Counted from the first letter of the stretch, positions 21,337 to 31,850 are shown. The stretch: DNA of 64,000 bases from an uncultured Verrucomicrobiae bacterium (GCA_963762565.1 CAVXLD010000005.1:512001-576000), one strand, 5' to 3'. Made by a program: numbers and translations. The notes: a model not told the origin generated them from the letters alone.

Positions 21337-22804
21337 GTGTCAAGTCGTGTGGACTCCGTATCCCCTTTTCGCAAAAAGCTTCGCATCTATTTCATCGGCT
21401 TGACGGCCGCGCTTGCTGGTCTGCTATTCGGATTAGACGTTGGCGTCATTTCCGGGGCACTGCCTTTTTTGAAGAATGATTTTAAGCTGTCGATTGGAGC
21501 AGAAGGAGCTGTGGTTAGCGCCCTGCTGTGGGGAGCAGTGATTGGAACGCTGATGAGCGGAATGCTCTCGAACTACCTTGGGCGCCGTAAAACGATCCTT
21601 GATCAGCTGCAGTGGTCTTCGCCGTGGGTTCGATCCTCTGTTCAATTTCAGCTTCAGAGCATCTTGCTAATCGGCGCCCGCTTGTTTCTTGGTTTCGCCG
21701 TGGGCGTAGCGTCGTTCGAAGCGCCGCTCTATATCTCCGAAATTTCTCCGAAGAAGGTGCGCGGCTCACTTATTTCGATGTATCAGCTAATGATCACCAT
21801 CGGAATCCTGCTTGCGTTTCTAAGCAACACTTGGCTCGCGACCTATTTTACGTTTCAAGGAAAGACTGGCGGCCACTGGCGCCTTATGCTCGGTATAATT
21901 TCTATTCCGGCCGTGATAATGTTCGTGGGCGTACTCTTCCTGCCCGAAAGCCCGCGGTGGCTGTTCTTAAAAGGTTTCAAAGCTCGCGGCGTGGCTGTGT
22001 TAGAGGGAATGCATCTTGATGAGGCCGAGATCGCCGAGCAGGTCAAAGAAATCGAGGACAACTTGAAAGTTAAACAAGAGTGGATTTGAGATGTTCAAGA
22101 CCAATCCCAACTTCCGCCGCGTCATTGGCCTTGGGATTGGACTTCAGATTATCCAGCAGCTTACCGGCATCAATGTGGTGATGTATTTTGCGCCGACGAT
22201 TTTCAAGATTGCGGGATTCGCCACCACGAGTGGTGAAATGTGGGGAACGGTGATCATCGGAATAACCAACTTGCTTGCGACATTCATCGCGATTGGGTTT
22301 GTCGACAAACTGGGCCGGAAGCCGATCATGTACGCAGGTTTTGTTACCATGGGCGTCGCCATGATTGCTGTGGGAACGCTCTTCAACCTGGGGGTAGAAA
22401 AAAATCCCGAGCTTGGTTATTTCGCCATCGTTGCGTTGCTGGTCTTCATTATTGGTTTTGCAATGAGCGCCGGGCCAATCATCTGGGTGATCTGCTCGGA
22501 AATTTACCCACTTGAGGGCCGCGACCTCGGAGTGACCTTCAGCACCGCGACAAACTGGATTGCCAACGGCATCGTGGGTATGACGTTCCTCTTGCTCCTC
22601 GCCGGGTTCGGTAACGGCAATACATTTCTCCTCTATGGCGCGCTGAATATCCTGTTTATCATTTTCTTCGTGATCTTCGTTCCGGAGACGAAGGGTGTGT
22701 CGCTGGAGAAGATCGAAGCGAATCTTCTGTCGGGTCTACCGTTGAGGCAGATCGGGCGATCGGGGGCTGGCGTTGCCGGCTTGACTCAAAGATTATCCCA
22801 CTAG
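21337..22804 (+). CDS. Sugar porter MFS transporter (GalP/AraE-like), frameshifted near 21600-21660 and 22080
   Basis: LAGLLFGLDVGVISGAL, PLYISEISPKKVRG, PESPRWL, QQLTGINVVMYFAP, PETKGVSLE. Confidence 0.9.
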
Positions 22805-22920
22805 TCTCGGCATTGATTTTGGCGGCACCAGCATTTAGCGCCGCAAATTCTTTGGGGTGAGATAGCCCAAAGCGCTCTGCGGGCCCGCACTTCGTTTTAT
22901 TCGGCTTCGTCACGGTTCCC

Positions 22921-25335
22921 TTAGTTGGCGATCTTTTCGATTGGCGCCAATTTGAACCGGAGGTCATCCTCCTGCCCTCGGTTGATACTCGCGATTCGGG
23001 AGGTTGGGGAGTTGCTGACTGAGCGTGGGCCGTCGGCGGACCATGCTGGGGCTCCTGACCTTTTGGTTTCTCTAACGAGGACCGCTTCGGCTCGATTCAT
23101 CTCGGCCAGCGCGAACTGGAAAGCAAGGGTGGATTCGGCTCCTTGGTTTTGGTTAACCCGATCGGGATGCAAAGCGTCGCGACAGCCACCCGTGCTCGAA
23201 TCGTAGAGTGGCTGCCCGAGATCGTTGCGACCAAGAAACCACTCGAAGCAGCGGCGCGCCGCCCGGTGCCAAGTCGCATCCCGAGTCAGCGAGTACGCTT
23301 CCACGCAGGCGGCAATCATGGCGTGGGCTTCCAACGGTTGCTGATCGAAGCGGGCGCGTTCGTTGCCCCGGGTCCAGAAACCATTGCTGCCGATCGGCGC
23401 GAAATGGCCCGCGTTCGGCCTTTTGCTGCTCCACCAGCCAGCGGAGCGATCGCAATCCAATGTCGACGACGTCACCTCGGGAGGTCCAGTATCCACTGAG
23501 GATCATCGCCTGGGAAAGTTTCGCGTTATCGTAAGTCGCTACAGGCTCAAACCACACCCAATCATCCGAGGAATTATGTCGAAACAGCTCGACCAAGCGG
23601 TTGGTTAGAACTTCGCGCAATTGATTGGCACTTCGATCGCCGGAGAAGGCGCGCAGATATTCCTGAATGGCGAGTAGCGCAAACGCCCAGGCTCTCGGTG
23701 AACTGAAATTCTCGACTGTCGGGAGTCCGCGTTGGAACAAAAGTGCGCAAAGATTACGGTGTCCTTCGTTTTTGGAGCGGCCCAGCGCCGTGCCGGCAGC
23801 CCAAAGCGCGCGTGCGTGGCTGTCCTCCGAACCCTCGCGTTCCAGCCATTGCCGCTGATGGCTCATGAAATTTCGAAAACGGCAGCTTTCTTGATCAAAA
23901 GCGTGCCACAAGAACGCGAGGTAAATGCTCGCCAAGTGTTCGAATTGCTGCTGCGTGACACGACTCGTCGTTTCCTCCAGCAGCAAGGTCAGGATAAAAG
24001 CACGCGCGTTGTCGTCCGTGCAGTAGCCTTCTGCAAAGTTCGGCACGTTGAAGATCGCATGCTGAAAAATGCCGGTGTTATCGGTCATCCGAAGCAGGTG
24101 ATCCAGCTTCAGTGGCGGCAACTGGTAGGGGCGATTGTCCAGGGTTCGAACGGCGAACGCCTTTCGTGGAGGACACGCTCAAACTTGCCCGCGCGCGTTC
24201 GAAGCTTTCCATGTGGCGCTGGGCGACCACCGGCCAGATCATCCCACGTCCCAGTTTCCATGCTCTTTTGCGCGTCGCCGTCATCAGGACCGGATCGGAA
24301 AGAAATCGATTCACCCCCTCAGCGATCGCCTTGCGGATTCGCGAACGGCACCAGGATGCCGCGCTCGTTCGCCAGCAACTCCTTCGCATGCCAGTAGGGT
24401 GTGGAAATGACTGCTTTGCCAGCGCCGAAACGTGTAGGCCAGCGTGCCGGAAGTAATCTGGGATTCGTTGAGATAAGGCGTGATATAGATGTCGGCGGCG
24501 CCAATGAATTCTTTCAATTCCTCCAGCGTCACAAATCGATTGTAGAAGATGACGTTGCGGTGCCACAGCAACGATCCTCCGCGAGGCGCTCCAGCTTGAG
24601 CCGATAGGATCTCTCCGTCGCGCGCGATAAGATTCGGGTGGGTTGCGCCCAGAATGATATAAACCACATTCGGATGTTGCTGCGAGAATCGCCGGCAGCG
24701 CTTCAATGACATACTCGATTCCTTTGTTAGGCGAGAGCAGGCCAAACGTCAGCAGCACGGTTTTTCCCTCCACTCCAAACTGATCTTTGTTAAAATTGGA
24801 TCGATGAAGGGGATGTCCGGTATGCCATGCGGAATCACGTCAATCTTCTCTGGCGCGATGCCATAGATTTCCTCGAGGAAATCGTTTGCCTCGGTCGGCC
24901 ATCACAATGAAGCGGTTCGAGAGTTCATCGAGCTGCTTCATCACCGCCCGCTGATCCGGATTCGGCTCGCGCAGCACGGTGTGCAACGTCGTTACCACCG
25001 GCATATGGACGTCGCGCAAGAGAGCCAGAAGATGGCTGCCGGCAGGCCCGCCGTAGATGCCGAACTCGTGCTGGACCGAAACGACCTCGACGTTGTTGAT
25101 GTTCAGGAAGTCGGCCGCGCGGCGATAGGAATCGAGTTCCTTTTCGTCGATTTCAAATCGGATCCGAGCCGGATAGTCATAGCCTTCAGGTCGATCATTG
25201 ACCGCGCCCACGATGCACTCGGCATTGCGGGAATTCCGCCGCCATCGCTTCGCAGATATCGGAGGTGAAGGTGGCAATGCCGCACTGGCGCGGAAGATGA
25301 TCCCCGAGGAAGGCTATTTGTGTGATGGGCGGCAT
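22921..25335 (-). CDS. GT4 glycosyltransferase fused to a C-terminal alpha-helical glycosidase-like domain; split by several frameshifts
   Basis: Fragments [98 protein letters not shown]. Confidence 0.88.
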
Positions 25336-25587
25336 CGTTTAGTTAGGCGAACGGAGACGGATCCAGCGCAATTGTCATCGGGACCTCACAAATCCGGACA
25401 GTGAATGCCCATGGCCTCGAAGAGAGCGCGTGGGGCGATAGAACCAACCAGAAAAGCAGTGCATTTGTCATACGGCCTTCCCCGCGGTCATTCCTGCCAA
25501 AGTCACGCACGCGCGGTCGAGCTAGCGAATTCATCCCATAGGAGAGCACGAGTCCGGCAGTATGAGTTTTGCCCGGATCCGTTGGCT

Positions 25588-25631
25588 TCTCCAATACGCT
25601 TACCGAAGTGTTACTGTCGCTTTTGCGTATG
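25588..25631 (-). promoter_or_regulatory. 38-bp LysR-like operator copy upstream of the GT4 fusion
   Basis: Minus CATAC GCAAAAGCG ACAGTAAC ACTTCGGTAAGC GTAT TGGAGA. Confidence 0.75.
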
Positions 25632-25767
25632 GCGACTCCGGGGAAACGGGGCAGTATCCAAGTCTCCGAGTTCTGAGCTTTCTCTTGCCGTTATCAGATC
25701 CGTCGACTTTGCTCTTCGTGGTAAATGCTACACCGGTTCCTAAAACACACCTACTGGGTCCGATTAC

Positions 25768-25920
25768 CTAGCGAGGGTTAGTACGAAGAGATCTTGAATA
25801 CTGATGCTGGAATCTACGGAGGTGGCGAGCATCGATCAAAGCTCCTCGAAAAGCGAGCGACGAAGCTCGGATGACGTTTTCCAATTCCCGCACTTTGGTT
25901 CCGGGGGTGCTGATAACATC
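25768..25920 (-). pseudogene. Remnant of a sigma54-dependent activator AAA+ lid region
   Basis: Manual translation PGTKVRELENVIRASSLAFRGALIDARHL resembles WPGNVRELENVIERA...I...L. Confidence 0.55.
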
Positions 25921-25944
25921 CGCGGTTCCATTTAGTGGGTTGGG

Positions 25945-26214
25945 TTAGACTGTAACGGGCTTTGGGCTAGGGCTCCCGAGACACAGCTCATGGCCTAGAA
26001 AATGAAAATCTGGACCGTCGTTGTCGGGGTAAAGCTCCAGCCGGACCAGCACCCCAAGACGCCCGTTATCCACAAAGTAGGCGGTTACGGTTCCGGCTCC
26101 GACATCAGCCAAGGGCTGTACGCGCTCGCCGATATCTGGGACGGAGGACACGCCGGACCAACGAGCTTCTTTACGAAGCTTTGCGGGATCAGGCAGAAAC
26201 CGAAAATATTGCAT
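25945..26214 (-). CDS. Hypothetical protein
   Basis: 89-aa ATG ORF with GGAG upstream, co-directional with the DUF932 gene. Confidence 0.5.
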   Translation of the reverse strand: MQYFRFLPDPAKLRKEARWSGVSSVPDIGERVQPLADVGAGTVTAYFVDNGRLGVLVRLELYPDNDGPDFHFLGHELCLGSPSPKPVTV

Positions 26215-26275
26215 AGCGATTTTGGCTCCAAGGTTTCGGGGGAGGGTTTGATCCGCTCCCCCGTTGGATGAATTT

Positions 26276-27130
26276 TTATTGTGCTCCGCGGTTTCGAAGT
26301 ACCTCGGCCATTTCCCAGAGGGCCTTGTTGAGTTTCATATCCTCATCGATGCCCTTGATTGCCCTGCTCTTGGGCATCCGGCTACCGTCCGGGCGGCGGC
26401 GGGAACGGTCACGCTGACCACCGCGAATGATGTTTTCTTGGACGCAGTTCAACGTGGTCCAAAGATCTTTGGCTCCGTCTCCATAACGTCTTGGATTAAG
26501 GAGCATGGAGGGACTTACCGGGGCTTTCGTGAGGTCTTCCCAGCGATAAGCCGCCGCGCCAGTGGCGAGAGCTAGCTGTTCGGCATCGGTCAAAATGCGA
26601 TCTTGAAAGAGCTGCACTTTGTTCATGATGTCAGGGACAGCAGTGAGGACTTTGAAAGAAGCCTCGATAACGGAGTCGGGATTGAACCCGGAATGTTTGA
26701 TTGAGATCCGCTGGAAGGTGCCATCGGAAACGACCATGCCGTTGGTGCACACCAACCGAAACAGACCGCAATGAAGCTGGTAAGCGCTGCTTTTATCGTG
26801 ACTGTTCACCAGAACGACCTCGGGCCGGACTTGGTTCTTTTCCCAGGTCTGGAGATGCTCAACCCGAGCAAACCGGACAACGTGTTTCTGGAAGCCGCGC
26901 CGTGCTTCAGTTCGAATGCTCTGCTCTTGTGCGCGTACGGGAACCCAACCATTTTCGCGCATCCCGTTGAGAATGGAGGAAGTAGGAAGAAAACTGTACC
27001 TTTCCGAAACGCCTTCGATTGGTTGGGAAGCGAAAACACTGGGAGCAAAACGGCGCATTTCATCATCAGAAATTGCTACCGTTCCAGGGACTGTTGATCT
27101 GGTGGAGTTATTGTTTAGTGCGGTACTCAT
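26276..27130 (-). CDS. DUF932-family plasmid/ICE protein
   Basis: APSVFA, SERYSFLPT, FQKHVVRF, LVNSHDKSSAYQL, GLFRLVCTNGMVV, DLWTTLNCVQENIIRGG, LNKALW. Confidence 0.92.
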   Translation of the reverse strand: MSTALNNNSTRSTVPGTVAISDDEMRRFAPSVFASQPIEGVSERYSFLPTSSILNGMRENGWVPVRAQEQSIRTEARRGFQKHVVRFARVEHLQTWEKNQVRPEVVLVNSHDKSSAYQLHCGLFRLVCTNGMVVSDGTFQRISIKHSGFNPDSVIEASFKVLTAVPDIMNKVQLFQDRILTDAEQLALATGAAAYRWEDLTKAPVSPSMLLNPRRYGDGAKDLWTTLNCVQENIIRGGQRDRSRRRPDGSRMPKSRAIKGIDEDMKLNKALWEMAEVLRNRGAQ

Positions 27131-27209
27131 GTTAGTCGATTTGGTTAGTTGGTTCTGTGAGCCGCAGCAGAGAGGCGAGGCTTTGGGAGCTGCCGGAGTT
27201 TTTTCGACG

Positions 27210-27262
27210 TTCGGTTTCGGTCGAAAAAGTATGCTGGGCATATTTTTCGAACCGAAAGCGAA
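27210..27262 (-). promoter_or_regulatory. Long imperfect hairpin upstream of DUF932 (Frpo/ssi-like candidate)
   Basis: TTCGGTTTCGGTCGAAAAAGTATGC-TGG-GCATATTTTTCGAACCGAAAGCGAA. Confidence 0.5.
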
Positions 27263-27686
27263 GCGCTAGCAGAGCGACCCGCGGAAGAAGGCCTGGAAGG
27301 GCAAGAGCCGCGAGGAACGAGACGGGTTGAGGATTTAAATAGAGGGGACCCCCGAGGCTTGGCGAGAGAGTGGGCGCCGGCTGTTTAAGCCGCAGACGGT
27401 ACTCTTGCGCTGGAGAGGCCTCCGCGGGGGCGGAAGCAGATCTGGCGATGGCCAGACACTTGGTACAGGAGTGGTTTTAGGCGAACCTGGGTGCGCCTAG
27501 GAGAAAGAGGAAGGAGAGACCGCTTTGGGGCTCGACGGGGAGAAAGACTTTTCTCCCGAAACAACTGAAACGTGGAGCACCAAGGTCGAGCAGGTTGGTT
27601 ACGGCTCAATGGAGGACGACAAATCACTCGTCTGCAAAGCCAAGAAGATGGCGACGGAACGAGCATGTAAGCCTCATACACGCTCA

Positions 27687-28322
27687 TCAATGTCCGTGAG
27701 GTGAGGTAGTGGAAGGCACCCATTGCGGATCTTCAGCGACAGCGTGGGAGGACTTGGAGCGCGGTAAAGATAGGGCGAAGACAACCGGGAGAACCATCGC
27801 GGCCGCAACTAAGAGCCAGGCTTTGGCGTTAACCTTTGGATGCTTAATCCAGTGAACCGGAAAACTGGACTCTGCCAACGCGGCCGTGGTCATGCTCCCC
27901 CCATTTAACTTGAGGATATTCCAGGTAACGCTCTGAGCACCCGAAAGATTTAGCGTTCTGTCGTCCAGGAGCTGCCACCGGGCACTTGTGCGAAGCTTCT
28001 GCTCAGAATCAGCAGCTGTTTCTTTAGTTTGAATCTCAGCATTGCCATCGGGATCCAGACGCAGAGTTGTCTGGAGTCGGACACCGTTAAGCGTTACGTG
28101 CGACGTCCATTTCCCCGGTAGAGTTTTGTGCGGGTCACGTTTGCGGACGACAAAAACGAACGCGGGGATTACGATTGCTATCAGTCCGTAGGTGATGAAA
28201 TCCCAAGGCGTAAACGGAATCGCGCTTAGCTCTTTGGGGTCGTTGATTGCTTCCAACGTCACGCCGAAGACGAACAGGCTCGTTAGACCGAGGCCTGAAA
28301 GCGCCAAGCATCCATGCTTCAT
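27687..28322 (-). CDS. Hypothetical membrane protein
   Basis: Two N-terminal and one C-terminal hydrophobic segments around a beta-rich domain; operonic spacing. Confidence 0.7.
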   Translation of the reverse strand: MKHGCLALSGLGLTSLFVFGVTLEAINDPKELSAIPFTPWDFITYGLIAIVIPAFVFVVRKRDPHKTLPGKWTSHVTLNGVRLQTTLRLDPDGNAEIQTKETAADSEQKLRTSARWQLLDDRTLNLSGAQSVTWNILKLNGGSMTTAALAESSFPVHWIKHPKVNAKAWLLVAAAMVLPVVFALSLPRSKSSHAVAEDPQWVPSTTSPHGH

Positions 28323-28337
28323 TGAGAGTGCATGATA

Positions 28338-28871
28338 TCAGACATCGCTCGTGACGGCGATGGTTTTTCTGGCGTGCTGCTCTGTTACCTGTGTTGAACC
28401 CTTAAGATACGGACGAATCTTGCTGATGACGTCATCACCAGCCTCAAAAGCTGCTTTGACTGTCTCGCGGATCTGGATTCTTCGAGATGCAGGCAAATCG
28501 AGCGATTTAGCCACCTGCTCCGCCGCCGCCTCAGCGGTAATTTTTTTGCCAGCCACGCCGGCGCGAAGGAGTTCGATAGCTGCCTCGGGCGGAGTAGCGG
28601 TTCCGCCCAAGACTGCTACGTGCGCCTTAGGGTACGCTTCGTCCTGACCGTAATGCCGGTAAGGGCCGATCTCTCGCTTTGCAACTTCGATATATGAGCG
28701 CAAATCCGTAAGTGTCTTGTCCAGAGCGCGCAGATTTTCCCAACGCTCTTCGTTAACCCGGACTTGCTTTTGGCTCTGCTCCTGCAATTTCCGTGCGAGC
28801 CTGATCAACGAGTCGGCAAGCTCGGCGCTTTGTTTAATTAGTCTTTCGATCTCTTGTATTTCCTCGGTCAT
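28338..28871 (-). CDS. Hypothetical coiled-coil protein
   Basis: 177-aa helical ORF directly downstream of the coupling protein. Confidence 0.7.
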   Translation of the reverse strand: MTEEIQEIERLIKQSAELADSLIRLARKLQEQSQKQVRVNEERWENLRALDKTLTDLRSYIEVAKREIGPYRHYGQDEAYPKAHVAVLGGTATPPEAAIELLRAGVAGKKITAEAAAEQVAKSLDLPASRRIQIRETVKAAFEAGDDVISKIRPYLKGSTQVTEQHARKTIAVTSDV

Positions 28872-28912
28872 AAGGTTTGTATTTTGCGATTGTCTTCAGT
28901 CAATTGGGCTTT

Positions 28913-30487
28913 CTATTGCTCTCGCGGTCTACGGATCTCGGCTCCAGTCAGCATCTTCAGGTAGGTGCGCTTGAACTGACCTGGTCGGCCGGCATGAACA
29001 AGAACAGCCCGATAAAGCGGCATTTCCCGGAGTCGGAACGGGTGGCACTTATAGTCTTCGGTGTCTTGATAGGAATATGTGACGCCTCGACTTCCAACCG
29101 AGCGGCTGCGTTTCTTTACGATTTTCTTTCCAATGAAAGCGGCGCTCTGTTTCGCGCACTCTTCGTCTGCAGCCCGAAAGATCATCCGGTTGCGTAAGTT
29201 GAGAACAAGGACATTGGCTTGGTCTTTGTTGGCGTGCGGCGGTAACAGAGAAACATAGCTCTGAGTCAGCACAATTAGGGCGACTTTGGCTTCGCGGATT
29301 TTACCTGAGACGGAGTAGTCGCTCATGCCGCCGACAGATGATGTGACCACGTCCTGGAATTCTTCGCCGACCAGGACCAGGAGATTCTTTTTCCAAAAGG
29401 CGAGCGGATCGCACGCTTTGAGATCGAGGCGACGCAGGCCATGCTGATAGAAGAGCAACTTCAGGATCGAGAAAACGTATTTGCGCTCGTGTGCGTACTC
29501 TTCGCTGATTGAAAGGCAGATCTTCTTGCCTTGGTCGACCTGATCGATGGAGATAGTATCGGGCTCCTCTGAACAGAACACTTCGGCAACAGCCGGCTGC
29601 TGATACGGAGCCAGGAAATTGCCGATCGTTCCGAGCTCACCTTCGCTCTGGCCTTCACTTTTGAGATTCAAGTAGAATGTCTCGAAGTGTTGGACCAGCG
29701 GTAAGAGTTCCTGCGCCCGCGGATGCTCAGCGACAGTATCCAACGTGTTCTTTAGGTGGTCCTTGTTGGCCAGGAGATTATACGCGGTACGCAGATTGAA
29801 CGGAAGCTCCAGAGCGCGCATCAGCTCTAGGCAACGGGCGATATGTTCCATGGCGCGCTGATTGAAAAAATCGGAGTTGCCAGCGGCGCTGCCTGCTCGG
29901 TGAGCGGCGTGGGTATCCACAATCATTTGCGCGTAAGTGCTGCAGGGGACGCGTGGATTACCGATAAGATTGAACCGTGCCGGGGGATAATCCTGGAGCC
30001 GTTCTTCCGGAGACCTGATCCGCAGGACGGCGAGTTCGTCGGGCCGGCCGGCCGCGTTCATCATGATCTGCACAGTGCGCCAGTAGACGCCCTTGGGATC
30101 AAGGATGAGCGCTCCCCATTGCGGATAATGTTCAGTGAGTGAGATTAACAGCCTGTTGAGGCCCGAACTCGTCTTGCCGGCGCCGGTGTCGCCGGTGATC
30201 AGCCAATGCGTACAAAACTCTTCGATGTCCCATTTCCAGGGTCCGATCTGACAGACGATCTGGTGAGAGTCGTAGATGATGGGAGACTTCCTGCTGTCGC
30301 CGTCTCTCACGATGCGTCTCGGACGCCTGGCACGGGAATTGGGCGAAATATCAACAAGCAGGACAGCCCCAGTAATCGCCAGGACGAAAATGCCAGCATC
30401 GTAGTAGTAGGGCAGACTTGAATTAGAAGTGTACCAAAGACCGGCCGCTGCGGCGACGGCCAGCGAAATGAGAGCAACTAATCGCAT
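28913..30487 (-). CDS. Type IV coupling protein (VirD4/TraD-like)
   Basis: Two N-terminal TM helices, Walker A ITGDTGAGKT, ILDPKG, variant Walker B LVGEEFQ, IREAK...LTQSY; TGATG coupling to the upstream gene. Confidence 0.85.
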   Translation of the reverse strand: MRLVALISLAVAAAAGLWYTSNSSLPYYYDAGIFVLAITGAVLLVDISPNSRARRPRRIVRDGDSRKSPIIYDSHQIVCQIGPWKWDIEEFCTHWLITGDTGAGKTSSGLNRLLISLTEHYPQWGALILDPKGVYWRTVQIMMNAAGRPDELAVLRIRSPEERLQDYPPARFNLIGNPRVPCSTYAQMIVDTHAAHRAGSAAGNSDFFNQRAMEHIARCLELMRALELPFNLRTAYNLLANKDHLKNTLDTVAEHPRAQELLPLVQHFETFYLNLKSEGQSEGELGTIGNFLAPYQQPAVAEVFCSEEPDTISIDQVDQGKKICLSISEEYAHERKYVFSILKLLFYQHGLRRLDLKACDPLAFWKKNLLVLVGEEFQDVVTSSVGGMSDYSVSGKIREAKVALIVLTQSYVSLLPPHANKDQANVLVLNLRNRMIFRAADEECAKQSAAFIGKKIVKKRSRSVGSRGVTYSYQDTEDYKCHPFRLREMPLYRAVLVHAGRPGQFKRTYLKMLTGAEIRRPREQ

Positions 30488-31104
30488 CACTGGAGCACGT
30501 TGATAGAGTACTTGCCATCGGTGCACCGAGGATAATAAAGGGACACGCCGTTGGTCCCCTGCAAGCGTAGTACGGTGTCGCCAGACAGGTTGTCTCGTTC
30601 GACAGAGACACGGATGCCAGTATCAAGGAATGCCTTCAGGTTCTCGAGGTGCTCTCTGATGTAATCAGGCTGCAAGCGAGCGATGGCGTCCTTGGTTCTG
30701 GCTGCGACATGTTCGTAAATAGTCTTCTGGATAGCGTGATGATCATTCCAGACAAAACAGGCTCCGCCGGCAAAACAGAGGATGCCGAGTCCAACAATAA
30801 CGAGTAGATGACGAGGCCGGGTCTTTATCAGGCGTTGGTTAACATTAAAGGCGCGCAGTGCACTGAGATGTTCCGCGTGTAACGCCTTCAGCTCAGCTGC
30901 GAGTTGAGCCTGAGCGTGCTCGACGGCATCACTAACGCGTTTGGGAAGTTGTTCCGTATAGAGACTCAAGAATCCCATCGCTTCGACGATCCGCAGAAGC
31001 TCTGGGTTATGATCACCGTATTCTTTCAGTTGCCTCGATAGGCGCAGGAAGTCTTCTTTACGCTCCTGCGGTACCAGTTGTTCAAGCTGGTCGTAAATGT
31101 CCAT
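30487..31104 (-). CDS. Membrane-anchored mobilisation accessory protein (TraM/StbC-like by position)
   Basis: Helical N-terminus plus one TM helix; third gene of the oriT-divergent operon. Confidence 0.6.
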   Translation of the reverse strand: MDIYDQLEQLVPQERKEDFLRLSRQLKEYGDHNPELLRIVEAMGFLSLYTEQLPKRVSDAVEHAQAQLAAELKALHAEHLSALRAFNVNQRLIKTRPRHLLVIVGLGILCFAGGACFVWNDHHAIQKTIYEHVAARTKDAIARLQPDYIREHLENLKAFLDTGIRVSVERDNLSGDTVLRLQGTNGVSLYYPRCTDGKYSINVLQ

Positions 31105-31106
31105 CG

Positions 31107-31850
31107 TTATGCCACGGCGGCTTCGGTCTGGTCCGATGGCAATAGAATGTGAGACACCGATTCGAAGGCGTCATAGGCTTCCTGTTGATAACGCCGACCT
31201 TGAACAATGCGGGTCAGCGAATGAAACCAATCGACCGAGTGGCGCCGGTTGATCACCTTTTCAAGCGTCAGGTGGTTCGCTCTGAGCATATCCTCGAAGT
31301 CAGGGTTACGGTTTTGCAGGGCGATAATTGCCGGTGCTGTCCGTGTGACAAATTCCTGTACCTCGGGTGCCGTGCACCAGGCGTCGAAACCTGAGCCGCG
31401 CACGAGCTCGTTTAGAACAATCAGATAGCGAACTCGGCTGCCAAGGTGGTACGCCCAGCTCAGCACCGATGCTACTGAGCCTGGATCTTTAGTCACGATG
31501 CCGATCGAAGTCACATCGGCGAACTCGCCAACGATTTGCGCTGTTCGATCAAACCAGGAAAACGTCTCCGCGCCCGAGCCTGCTCCCTGGTCAGCAATTA
31601 CGATCGTACCGGGCGTTTCAAGGAAATGGAAAACCCTGTCCAGAGAGTCAGGGGCGCGGATGTCGATCTTTTGCGCTTCGGGATAAAAGCTCTGGAAACT
31701 GGACTTCTCCCGATTCTCACTGTCGAAGTCGAGCAGCACGGGATCGAATCCCTTGGTCCTTATCCAGCCGGTGAGAGCGGCGATAACAGTGGTCTTCCCA
31801 ACGCCTCCTTTACCGCCTTGAGTGAATAGTATCTGTGATCGTTGTGTCAT
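31107..31850 (-). CDS. ParA/MinD-type P-loop ATPase (StbB/TraL/VirC1-like)
   Basis: QGGKGGVGKTT, LLDFDSEN, IADQGAGS. Confidence 0.8.
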   Translation of the reverse strand: MTQRSQILFTQGGKGGVGKTTVIAALTGWIRTKGFDPVLLDFDSENREKSSFQSFYPEAQKIDIRAPDSLDRVFHFLETPGTIVIADQGAGSGAETFSWFDRTAQIVGEFADVTSIGIVTKDPGSVASVLSWAYHLGSRVRYLIVLNELVRGSGFDAWCTAPEVQEFVTRTAPAIIALQNRNPDFEDMLRANHLTLEKVINRRHSVDWFHSLTRIVQGRRYQQEAYDAFESVSHILLPSDQTEAAVA

